Shown: piece after piece, positions 46,692 to 56,500 of the stretch
How the letters are laid out: each line of letters starts with the position of its first letter
Position numbering within the stretch: the first letter of the stretch is position 1
IMG/VR virus record: IMGVR_UViG_3300030202_002822
DNA from: a virus
Length of the DNA: 64,000 nt
Direction: 5' to 3' (one strand)
The notes under the pieces: model-generated
The model's input: only the letters and a program-made list of their open reading frames with translations
What the model was told of the DNA's origin: nothing
The model's database searches: none
Translations under genes and position numbers: made by a program

Positions 46692-47840
46692 TTATTTAAT
46701 GTAAAACCCTAATGGTCTATATTTTAACGCTTTGTTTAGGGACTCGGATTCGTTAGCACCTCTTTCTAATTGTTTAGTGGATGATAGTCTATCCAGTCTA
46801 ACGTCTAGTCTTTCAAGAATAGCTTTTTTTTCTTCGTTACCCTCTGAAAGTAGGGTGTCGAAATCCATAGTTCTTTCTGCTTCAGGTGGACCTACAATCC
46901 CTCCAAATTTACCCCTAGTTCTGCCTAATGTTCTCTTAGCTTCAGCTATAAATAACTGTCTTATTAAGACTTTTGTTGGTTCGTTAAATTTAGAGAAATC
47001 TAATTTAGCTAATGGTACTTCATTAGGTAATTTTATAATGTCGCTATTTTGTGCTCTACAATCTTCAACATCACCACCAGTTGTGTCGTAGTAATGGTAC
47101 CAAACTTGACACCCTCCCAGAGTAATAGAATTAGCAGCACCACCTATACCATGACCAAAACTCATTTTAGAACCTGGAACACTAAGTAGGTGTAAAAGTC
47201 TAGTTCCGTTAGGACCTGCGGTTAGTTTATATACTAATTCACTTCTTAATAGTCTGTTTTTTATATTTAAATCTGCAGCAGTTAAAAGTATATCGTATGC
47301 TGGTGATATATAGTAACCACCATTACCGCCAAACCCCATTCCAGCACCTCCAGCACCACCACTACCTACTTGACCAAAACCTCCAGCAAATCCATAATCA
47401 ATACCTGCGTAATTAGCAAATAATGCCATTCTTGTTGTTGGTGGTGTAATCCAAAGTACTTCGTTTACTTCTCTACCAGCTGGTATTTCATAAACTTGTC
47501 TTCCAGCTTCAATATCAATATAATCTTTTTTTAATTCCCAAGGTCCTCTAGCTTGGAGACCTACTTGTTTAGAGTAAGCGTAGGTGTATTGTGTCATATA
47601 GTCAAAATCCCTAACACTAAGAGCGAAAGCCATATCGGTTGTGTTAACATCCTTACCTAGTAGGGATTGCCATTGATGTTCAATAAGCCACTCTTGTACA
47701 TATTGTGAGTAATCTTCTATAGATATATCCAAAAGAACACAAAGCATGTCGTCTGTAAGTTCTATTTGTCTTAGAGGGGCTCCTACTGAAACCCTAAATT
47801 GTTCGTATATTCTTTCCTTGTCTTCGTTACTAACACTCAT
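46692..47840 (-). CDS. Neck/head-completion protein (T4 gp13-like)
   Basis: 'RI..Q.R..VGAP...IELTD..L...L..S..DY' N-terminus and 'LF.A.AK..LG....KF.G...P' C-terminus. Confidence 0.65.
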   Translation of the reverse strand: MSVSNEDKERIYEQFRVSVGAPLRQIELTDDMLCVLLDISIEDYSQYVQEWLIEHQWQSLLGKDVNTTDMAFALSVRDFDYMTQYTYAYSKQVGLQARGPWELKKDYIDIEAGRQVYEIPAGREVNEVLWITPPTTRMALFANYAGIDYGFAGGFGQVGSGGAGGAGMGFGGNGGYYISPAYDILLTAADLNIKNRLLRSELVYKLTAGPNGTRLLHLLSVPGSKMSFGHGIGGAANSITLGGCQVWYHYYDTTGGDVEDCRAQNSDIIKLPNEVPLAKLDFSKFNEPTKVLIRQLFIAEAKRTLGRTRGKFGGIVGPPEAERTMDFDTLLSEGNEEKKAILERLDVRLDRLSSTKQLERGANESESLNKALKYRPLGFYIK

Positions 47841-47855
47841 ATTATCTATTTATTA

Positions 47856-47863
47856 ATAAATAT
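47856..47863 (-). promoter_or_regulatory. Candidate late promoter ATATTTAT
   Basis: 15 nt upstream of neck gene start 47840. Confidence 0.55.
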
Positions 47864-47882
47864 CTAAGAAATCAGTAATCTT

Positions 47883-48146
47883 TTAATCGTTAAGGAATTT
47901 CTTTGTTAAGTTGTAGGCTTCGTTAATACTCTTAAAACTTATATCTGGGGATAATATTGTTTTATTAACTAGTATAATAGGTACACTATCAGTTTTACCA
48001 ATTTCCATTATTTTTTTAAATTCTGCTTTATTGTCATCGTCTTCAATGTCAACATACGTAAAAATTATATTATTATTTTCGTAATATTCCTTTAATTCTT
48101 GACAATATGGACATTCTTCATATCCGTATAATTTAACTCTTTTCAT
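47883..48146 (-). CDS. Glutaredoxin/NrdH-like redoxin
   Basis: CPYC active site, 'SVP.ILV'. Confidence 0.9.
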   Translation of the reverse strand: MKRVKLYGYEECPYCQELKEYYENNNIIFTYVDIEDDDNKAEFKKIMEIGKTDSVPIILVNKTILSPDISFKSINEAYNLTKKFLND

Positions 48147-50001
48147 AATCGTCTAGTATTTCTTCAAGCATTAACTCAATTGCGGCTTCTTCATCAATAG
48201 ATTTTTCACCCATTATTATATCTATAACTTTTTTCTTTCTATGAATTGTTTGCCACATTGTCATAGATACAGTATCTTCAAATAATTGATAATATACTGT
48301 TACATTATTTTTTTGACCTAGTCTATAGGCTCTATCTTCAGCTTGCTCATTATTACCTGGTACCCAATCAAAAGAATTAAATACGACATAAGTTGCTTTA
48401 GTTAATGTAATACCTACACCAGCTGACATGATATTACCTATGAAGACTTCAGCTTTGTCGTTAACTTGAAATTTATCAATTGACTTTTGTTTGTCTTTAT
48501 CGGACATTTCTCCAAAATGAAACACACATCTATCTCTAAAGTGTCTTACTAGTTCTTGTAGTTCTTCGGTGTAATTAGTAAATATAATAGCTTTATTACC
48601 TTGTTCTATCATATCTTCCACTAGTTCGATAGTGTGAGGTATAGATTGCATTGCAATATATTTTCTAAGAAGACCTAATTCAACAAGCGCTCTTTCTGGT
48701 TCTCCACTTTTTTTCTTTCTTTTTCTTTCAATAAGATATTCTTCCCAAAGGTCTTCGTATTCACTACGTTGTTTAGGGGTTAATTTGCGATAAGCTGGTA
48801 TAATGGTTTTTTCAGGCATATCTCCAATATCTGATTTAAGTCTTCTTAAATATACATTTTTAGTTTTAATAGCTAGCTCTTCTAAGTTAGAGGCTCCGTT
48901 AGTTAACCATATTTTCTTTTTATAACCATTTTTAAGTGTTGTAGTTATTTGTCTACCTTCACAGTATCTAGTTACGTAATGTTTCCAGTTGTCAGCCACA
49001 GGTGACCCTATAATCTTTAATAAGTTATAATAGTCCATCGGTCTGTTAGCTACTGGTGTTCCTGTAAGTAACCAAACTTTTTTATTACCATAATTAGTGC
49101 ATATATCTTTCATAATACTACCCCTGTTACTTTTATGGTTTTTTAGTTTATGACCTTCGTCTATAATTACTAAGTCAAATCCAGCTTTAGCTAAGTACTG
49201 GTTATCCCAACAAATATCTTCTTCTTTAATTTTTTCACCTGGAACTACGTGAAAGTTTTTAAGTATATCAAAATTAATTATAGTAAACTTAGCTTCGTTG
49301 TCCCATTTTTTACCAGATATAATCGTTGTGTCCTCACAGCCAAAATAACTTATTTCTCTTTGCCAATTTATTTTAACCGCTGTTGGACATACGATAAGTA
49401 TTTTTTTAGCTCCAGATTCAAGAGCAGCTATAACTGACTGAATTGTTTTACCTGCACCCATATCGTCAGCTAATAAACACCCTTCCCTACCTAATAAGAA
49501 TTTAATACCCTTTTTTTGTATGTCGTATAGTTTTCTACCTACAGTTCCGTCTGGAAGTACCATTTTGTCAATACTTTCGTAGTGTTTGAAGTCAACTTCG
49601 ACTTTTTTTTCCTCAAATAGAAAATCATCAAGTAGTTGTGTTTTTGGTATAAAGTACATTTGACTCTTTTCTTGATTTCTTTTTAATTTACCATAAATAT
49701 GAAAAGTTTTATTATTGTCAGCTAATAAAAATTCTATAAGAATTCTTTCGGGTACAAATGAAAGACCTTCAGAAACTTTTAACTCATTACCCAAATACTC
49801 CGTAATACCAACAATCTTATTAACAACCTTAGGTTCAAAGTTGTGGTTATTTAATATATAATTAGATTGTGTAGCGGTTAGTATTAACTTATTATTTTTA
49901 TCTAATCTTCTTTTAAGTTTTTTTAAATAAGGGTTTTTACCATTATAGGCCTCTAAAACCGTTATTGCATCTCTACCTTTTATATCTTCTAAATTAATCA
50001 A
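48133..50001 (-). CDS. SNF2-family (SMARCAL1/HARP-like) helicase/translocase, TTG start
   Basis: 'LLADDMGAGKT', 'DEGH', 'LTGTP..NRP', 'GVGITLT', 'QAEDRAYRLGQ'. Confidence 0.93.
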   Translation of the reverse strand: MINLEDIKGRDAITVLEAYNGKNPYLKKLKRRLDKNNKLILTATQSNYILNNHNFEPKVVNKIVGITEYLGNELKVSEGLSFVPERILIEFLLADNNKTFHIYGKLKRNQEKSQMYFIPKTQLLDDFLFEEKKVEVDFKHYESIDKMVLPDGTVGRKLYDIQKKGIKFLLGREGCLLADDMGAGKTIQSVIAALESGAKKILIVCPTAVKINWQREISYFGCEDTTIISGKKWDNEAKFTIINFDILKNFHVVPGEKIKEEDICWDNQYLAKAGFDLVIIDEGHKLKNHKSNRGSIMKDICTNYGNKKVWLLTGTPVANRPMDYYNLLKIIGSPVADNWKHYVTRYCEGRQITTTLKNGYKKKIWLTNGASNLEELAIKTKNVYLRRLKSDIGDMPEKTIIPAYRKLTPKQRSEYEDLWEEYLIERKRKKKSGEPERALVELGLLRKYIAMQSIPHTIELVEDMIEQGNKAIIFTNYTEELQELVRHFRDRCVFHFGEMSDKDKQKSIDKFQVNDKAEVFIGNIMSAGVGITLTKATYVVFNSFDWVPGNNEQAEDRAYRLGQKNNVTVYYQLFEDTVSMTMWQTIHRKKKVIDIIMGEKSIDEEAAIELMLEEILDDYEKS

Positions 50002-50035
50002 ATCTTTAAAATTAGTTAAAACATTTATATATTTT

Positions 50036-50064
50036 AATATAGTGTATTTTCAATAAAAAATCAA
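50036..50064 (-). promoter_or_regulatory. Early promoter for the helicase-glutaredoxin unit
   Basis: TTGATT-N17-TATATT on minus strand. Confidence 0.55.
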
Positions 50065-50092
50065 GTCTTTTTAGATTATTACTTATTTCTAA

Positions 50093-50100
50093 ATATTTAT
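50093..50100 (+). promoter_or_regulatory. Candidate late promoter ATATTTAT
   Basis: ATATTTATctataaacac, 10 nt upstream of 50111. Confidence 0.55.
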
Positions 50101-50110
50101 CTATAAACAC

Positions 50111-50635
50111 ATGGCTAAACCTAGGAAAATACCAATAAATCGTATTAATAAGTTTTTCTCAAATGAGGATTATGACCTTGAGATATCAATGGGTAGAGAA
50201 GCTATTGAAGGTGATGGTAATTTTGTTGTCATTCTATACAGGGTTGATAGGGAAAACACATCATCAGATGATTTATATGGTGAAGCCTCTAAGGATGGAG
50301 TTAGGTTCTTTCCACCAGTTGAATTAAGAGTTGTACCTACATTGGAAGAGGCTGAAAATAAAGCTTATAATTCTGGTTCTGGTGGTCTTAGGTATATACA
50401 AGATGGTAATCTATCTTTTGGGATATATGAATCACAATTAGCTGAGCTTGATGTTGAATTAAACTTTGGTGATTATATTGGTTATCCAGTTAGTGTTACT
50501 GATGTTAGATATTTCTCTGTTACTAACGACGGAGTAAAGAACTATGATAATAAACACACTATCATGGGTTATAAGGGTGCATATAGAACAGTAAAATGTT
50601 CTTCTGTTGACGAAAATGAGTTTCGTGGGCTTTAA
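50111..50635 (+). CDS. Head-closure/neck protein (T4 gp14-like)
   Basis: 'VILYRVD......DLYGE......F..PVEL' and 'GDYI' pattern; adjacent to terminator-like gene. Confidence 0.6.
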   Translation: MAKPRKIPINRINKFFSNEDYDLEISMGREAIEGDGNFVVILYRVDRENTSSDDLYGEASKDGVRFFPPVELRVVPTLEEAENKAYNSGSGGLRYIQDGNLSFGIYESQLAELDVELNFGDYIGYPVSVTDVRYFSVTNDGVKNYDNKHTIMGYKGAYRTVKCSSVDENEFRGL

Positions 50636-50655
50636 AAAAAATATATATATATAAT

Positions 50656-51708
50656 ATGGGACTCCCTAAAGGATTTAGAAAAAATATTAAAATAGTAAAA
50701 CCTAAAGAAGGTGTTGCTAGAAGAGAGGAACTTATTGAAGGATTTACTAAAAAAGGTACGTTTTTACCTAGAGGTGTTTCATATGAAGATATGGATAAGT
50801 CTTTTATTGAATTTGCAGATAAGGATTTAGAATTGTCAGTAGATGGGGAAAAAGTTCCTGTTATTTTTTTAACACTCCAAAGATGGTCAGAATTTAGTAA
50901 GACTTGGCAACATTCGGATAAATATAAAAATATTAAAATGCCCTTTGTTACAGTAGTTAGACAACCAAACCCACAAGTAGGTAATAATCAAGCTGGTTTG
51001 TACAATATTCCAGGTAGAAATAACTGGACTTATTATAAGGTACCTACTTTTGAGGGTGGTAGAAAGGGGATTGATGTATATAAAGTGCCTCAACCTACAT
51101 CGGTTGACATTAATTACGAGGTTAGGATTTTTTCTAACAAAATGAGGGATTTAAATAAATTTAACACTAAAGTCCTTAAAGCTTTTAATTCAATTCAATT
51201 TTATATAAGGGTTAAGGGGCATCCTATGCCATTAAAACTAAATAGTGTTGGTGATGAAAGTAATATTGATGACTTTGAAAATAGAAGGTTTTATGTTCAA
51301 CCCTTTGAGATAGTTCTTGAAGGTTTTATCATAGATGAAGATGATTTTGAAGTTATTCCAGCAATTAATAGAGCTTTAGTTATGAGTGAAATTATGGAAA
51401 CACCAGTTAGTCCTAGATTCACTTTAAGTACAGATACTACTAGAGGTACTTTCTCATATAATGTTGTGTTTAAAAAGCGTTCTGAAAACTCTTTTTCATA
51501 TAAAGCTGAATACAATTCAAAATATACTGATATAATTAATATTAGTGATGTTAATAATATAACTATAAAAGTTAACAATGTTGAAGTTTTTAACGGAATA
51601 GACTTTCAAAGTTCATTTGTGGTTAGTGCTGGTGATGAAATAAATATAAGTGTTGATAGGGATGTCCTTAACTTAGCTAAATTTACAATAATAGGAAATA
51701 TAATTTAA
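50656..51708 (+). CDS. Tail terminator/sheath stabiliser (T4 gp15-like) with C-terminal extension
   Basis: 'VPVIF...RW', 'MPF.TV.R', 'P.P..VDI.YEV.I......LN' pattern. Confidence 0.6.
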   Translation: MGLPKGFRKNIKIVKPKEGVARREELIEGFTKKGTFLPRGVSYEDMDKSFIEFADKDLELSVDGEKVPVIFLTLQRWSEFSKTWQHSDKYKNIKMPFVTVVRQPNPQVGNNQAGLYNIPGRNNWTYYKVPTFEGGRKGIDVYKVPQPTSVDINYEVRIFSNKMRDLNKFNTKVLKAFNSIQFYIRVKGHPMPLKLNSVGDESNIDDFENRRFYVQPFEIVLEGFIIDEDDFEVIPAINRALVMSEIMETPVSPRFTLSTDTTRGTFSYNVVFKKRSENSFSYKAEYNSKYTDIINISDVNNITIKVNNVEVFNGIDFQSSFVVSAGDEINISVDRDVLNLAKFTIIGNII

Positions 51709-51718
51709 AATAAAAAAA

Positions 51719-53371
51719 ATGTCAAAAATAACAATAGCAAATATAAATAAAACAAGTGTGTCTACACCAAGTGGTGGTACGGTGACTTTATTTTCTGATA
51801 GTTCTAATAATAATAACCCTTCAGTTAAATACTCTGACGGTTCTGTTAAGGACCTTACTGGTTCGGGTGGTAGTGTAACTGGTGGGACATATAATGCTGG
51901 AGCAATAACTATAAATAAATCAGAAGGAGCTAGTGTTAGTATAACTGGAATCACAAGTGATGTAGTTTTAGGTAATATCGCTTACGTTGATTATGTAAAC
52001 GGTGATGATGCTACTGGTTCAAAGGGTTATTTAACTAGACCGTATAAGACAATATCAGCTGCTGAGTCTGGTGTAACTAGTGGTGATACAATAATGGTAA
52101 CCACAATGCAGTACAATGAAATTGGTTTAGGTAAGGACGAAGTTACATACTATTTCTTACCTGGGACAGGAATTATAAATGATTATGCGCCTGGACGACC
52201 AGCTATTTTTACCTTTAGAAATGGTAATACAGCAAATGATAATAGAATGTTCCATGATATAGGTAAAACAAATAATGGGGCTAACCCTATTAAATTTTAT
52301 ATTACAGGAGAAGGGGATTTTTTAAGTAGGGGTGACCATAGTGACCCAGGCGGACTTATACTATTAACTGAAGGGTCAACTGTAGAATTTAATATAAAAA
52401 GTTCAACTTTATTAGCACCAACAGGGAATGACAAAGCTGAAAGCGGTGCTCATTTTTATGTTCAGTCAGACCTTGTTCCTGAAACCTATCAAGGATTTTT
52501 AAAGGGGTCTGTAACTGGAGATGTTATAGGTGGTCACTATTTTTTAGGAGCACACGCATCAAGTGCTGTAATTAACGTTGGGGGAAATGTAGATATTTCT
52601 GCAATATTTTGTCAAGCAGAAGGTTCTCATTTAATAGACGTCAATGTAAATGGAAAAATAACTTGTGGATATTGTATTCCTGATGGTCATAAATATTTTA
52701 TAAATGTTGATAGAGTTCCTTGGTTTACAGATAACGTATATGCTATAACTGGAACTAACACGTTTAAAATAACTGCAAAAAAGTTAGAATGGATTAATAG
52801 TGGGGCTGCTCAAGTTTCTTACTTTAACATAATAAATGTTCAAGAATACCATGATGCTACAGGTGCACACGCTTTTAGTTATGTTGACATTAATATTGAT
52901 GAAATACATATAAAAGGAGGAGACCAAGCAACTCAAAGAGCTTTATTTAGACTTACCAATAATAATAGTGAAACATATACAAGGTTAAAGTTAGATAAAT
53001 GTAAGATAACTGTTGAGGATGGTTTTCCTTTGTTTAATATATCTTCTAGTAATGAAAAAGCATATGTGGATGTTATGTTTCAAGATTGCTCTGTTAATTA
53101 TAAACATGACTCATTAGCAGCTAGTACTGTTTTAATGCCAACAAGATACGTAATGTTTCATATAATAAATAGCCGATTTAAAGTATCGGCACAAGGAGTA
53201 ACTGACGGTTACATACTACTAGACGATTCTTCAAATACAGATAAAAATGTACAAATAGATAATATTGTTACTAATGCGGTCATACCGACAACACTTTTAA
53301 ATTACGGTGTAGCTTTGTCTTCAGGCTCATCTGGTGTAAGAAGTGGGGTTGTTGATATTAGAATAATTTAA
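51719..53371 (+). CDS. Tailspike/fibre with beta-helix (possible polysaccharide-binding or depolymerase)
   Basis: 'AYVDYVNGDD.TG......PYKTI..A......GDTI' beta-helix cap motif. Confidence 0.65.
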   Translation: MSKITIANINKTSVSTPSGGTVTLFSDSSNNNNPSVKYSDGSVKDLTGSGGSVTGGTYNAGAITINKSEGASVSITGITSDVVLGNIAYVDYVNGDDATGSKGYLTRPYKTISAAESGVTSGDTIMVTTMQYNEIGLGKDEVTYYFLPGTGIINDYAPGRPAIFTFRNGNTANDNRMFHDIGKTNNGANPIKFYITGEGDFLSRGDHSDPGGLILLTEGSTVEFNIKSSTLLAPTGNDKAESGAHFYVQSDLVPETYQGFLKGSVTGDVIGGHYFLGAHASSAVINVGGNVDISAIFCQAEGSHLIDVNVNGKITCGYCIPDGHKYFINVDRVPWFTDNVYAITGTNTFKITAKKLEWINSGAAQVSYFNIINVQEYHDATGAHAFSYVDINIDEIHIKGGDQATQRALFRLTNNNSETYTRLKLDKCKITVEDGFPLFNISSSNEKAYVDVMFQDCSVNYKHDSLAASTVLMPTRYVMFHIINSRFKVSAQGVTDGYILLDDSSNTDKNVQIDNIVTNAVIPTTLLNYGVALSSGSSGVRSGVVDIRII

Positions 53372-53381
53372 ATAATAAAAT

Positions 53382-53466
53382 ATATTTATTAGTTGGTAAT
53401 TTATTTTTTTAATTATGTTAGATATTTATAAATAACCAGATTATTACGGCTAGTTGATATTTGGTT
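53382..53466 (+). promoter_or_regulatory. Two candidate late promoters plus leader hairpin
   Basis: ATATTTAT at 53382-53389 and 53422-53429; aaccagat...atttggtt stem 53434-53466. Confidence 0.45.
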
Positions 53467-53504
53467 AATTAAGTTTAATAATTAAACTAAAGATAGTTAA
53501 TAAT

Positions 53505-56500
53505 ATGAGTTGCAGTGAAAATACGTCAAACATAAATAAAACATTTATTGTAGAGGGTAATGGTAATGATAGTTTTATAGAACATACTATTTTAGATAGT
53601 TATAAGGGTATTAAGTCTAATGACATGTATCTTATATGGGATGATTTAACTATTGAATCAGGTTCAACACTAGCTAACGATGGTAGAGTTGTAATTGTTA
53701 ATGGAAATTTTAATAATTTTGGTTCTTATTCTGGTTCTGGTACTGTAGAGTTAATAACAACTAATTTAGAATATATTTTAAATTATGGTAATCAGACTAA
53801 TGGTAATTTAATATTTTACACTAACTCACCTAGTGGTTGGGTTAGTGGTGATACTGTAAGTGATATATCAGCTGCCACTGGTAACGTATTAGTAACTAAA
53901 GAATGGGTTGAACTAGCGACTAGTGTTGATAATAATGACTTTACAACTGGTGCCACTCTTATAGATGAGACAATAGTTTTTAATAGGAAGGATTCCTTAT
54001 CCGCATATACTGTTGATATTAGCTCGGTTAATAGTGGGGACACCTTTGTTACTGGTTTCACTAAGAGCGGTAATACGTTAGAGATAGAAAGAAATGACGG
54101 AGTTAATCTTTCTTTAAGTATTGATGATATAGCGTTTTCTGGTGGTTCTGGTAATTGTATTACTGATTTATATGTTACAAATATAAATGGTTGCTCACCA
54201 ATTAATGTTAAGGATGATTTAATTGTAGAAACTAAACTAACGCTTAGTGGTACTCCGTTGTTAGATAACACATTACCACAATTATTAGTAAGGGACTCGG
54301 CTACTGGTGAAATTAAGTATAGAGACGTAGACTCTGTAGATACATTTGTAACTGGTGCTACTTTAGTAAATAAAGAATTAGTATTAGATAGAAGTGATTC
54401 GCTTTCTGCAGTCACTGTTGATTTAAGTGGACTGACTAGCAATACTGGAGCGGGATTAACTTATAATGAAACTACTGGTAAGATTGATTTAGGAGGTGTT
54501 TTAAACCACAATGACCCTAGTAACGCTGCTAATAATGTGTATTTTATCCCATCTACGGGTTCTAATATTGTTAGATGGGGTGCGGATTCTTTAGGGAATT
54601 TACCTGTTAATTCAGGTGGGTCTGCTGAATATATATCAAGATTTGATTATGTATCTTTTCAAGGTGAACATAAAATATTCGGAGCTTCAGGTCATTTGGG
54701 TGTAAATATTGGTGTTTATGAAAGCCAAACAAGTAATAATTATTTAAAACAATATAAAGATGTTGCGCAAATAACAATACAAAGTACTCCTGGTGTAAAT
54801 TCATCAATGACTTTTTTAGAATCAGATTCCCCTAATATTTGGAATAGGACTATTTGGGAATCACATGATAGTAATACTAGAAGTTACTCTAAACAAACCT
54901 TTGATGAATTTGAATGGAATGTTTATAACAATGTTGGTGGTGATAATGCAGCTTCTAAAACTTTTTTTCATATAGAAAGTGAAAGAATAGTAGCAGGTGC
55001 TGTAAATAGTGGAGGTACAAAATTTGGTATATTTCAGTTTTCACCATTAAACATTCAATTTTTAGATGGTGATTTTAAAGGTATTTTTACAGCTCCTAGT
55101 ACAACATATGTAGGAGATGTTACTAAATCTTATTTATCTATTGTTAATAATTTAAACGTTTCAGATGATTCGTTTTTTAATGATGGAACATCAAATAAAC
55201 GGGGTATTAAATATAAAGGATTTGGAGAAACTAATACTGAAACAGGTGTTGGGGCCAATTATTCTACTTTAGTTGGTACATCTTTAGTTCCTAAGAAATA
55301 TGTTGATGACTATATAGCATCCCCTAGTGGTAATACATTTGTAACTGGTACCACATTTACAAATAATCAATTAAATATAGCTTTAAATAATGGTACTAGT
55401 GTAGGAACTACAATAGATAATTTAAGTGGCTTAACTGTAGATGGTAATGTATTAGTTAATGGTGACGTAAACATAATAGGTACAGCTACAACTATTAACA
55501 GTGAACAAGTATTAATAAAAGATAATATAATTACCCTTAACTCAAATGTTACTGGTTCTACCACACCTGTATTAAACTCTGGGTTTGAAGTACTTAGGGG
55601 TAGTGGTGATACTAAATCAATACTTTGGTTAGAAAATACAGATTTATGGTCTATAGATGACGATTTAAGTGTTAGTGGATATGTTTCTGGTACAACTTAT
55701 TATGGTGATGGTTCTAATTTAACTGGTATTGATGACACATTCGTTACTGGTGGTACATATTCTGGTAGTACAATAGTACTTAATAGAAATGACGGTAATT
55801 CGGTTAACGTGACTGGTATAACTAGTGATTCAATTTATACTGCTGATGGGGCTTTAACAGGAAATAGAGCAATTGACACAGGAAATAATACCTTAACAAT
55901 AGATGGAAGTAACGCCACTACATCAAATAGAAAAATATTTGTTATAGACAAACCATCAGGAGAGGCGTTAAGTCTTGACGAGGACGGAGATTTATTAATA
56001 AATGGTTCAATCAGAAATTCAACCTTTTTTGGAGTTGAAGCGAACCAAAATGGTTATTGGTATCATGGAACGATTAGAAGTGTTATAATAGGTAAAACAA
56101 ATACAACGACAAGGACACAATTTAACCAAAACGGAACATTATTTTTTAACAACCTTAATGCAGAAATTCACAGAATTGGACTTGCAGGGGGTGGAAATGG
56201 TGAATATACAACTTTTTTCAAAACTGGTTTCGCGTCCAATAGAAAATTTATTGTAGGTGGTACAACATCAATTTCTACCGAAGATATTTCTTTACAAGGT
56301 GATACTCTTATTTCTAAAAAATTAGAGTTATCCACAACAACAGACGGTATGTTAATGCCTCGTTTGACAACTGCTCAGATGAATGCTATCTCATCTCCAG
56401 ATACACACCTAGTTATATTCAATACAGACCTTAATGCTTTATATAGGTACAATGGCTCTGCATGGGTGGCTATGGCTGCTGGTTATGGTTTAGTGGGTGT

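Noticed and set aside
50641-50655. (AT)n run before the gp15-like gene
   Set aside because: Short low-complexity spacer outside the CDS; no evidence for phase variation.
37081-53401. 12-bp element aattaccaacta (37081-37092) and its reverse complement (53390-53401) near two fibre promoters
   Set aside because: Rough expectation is about one such match among AT-rich intergenic 12-mers by chance.
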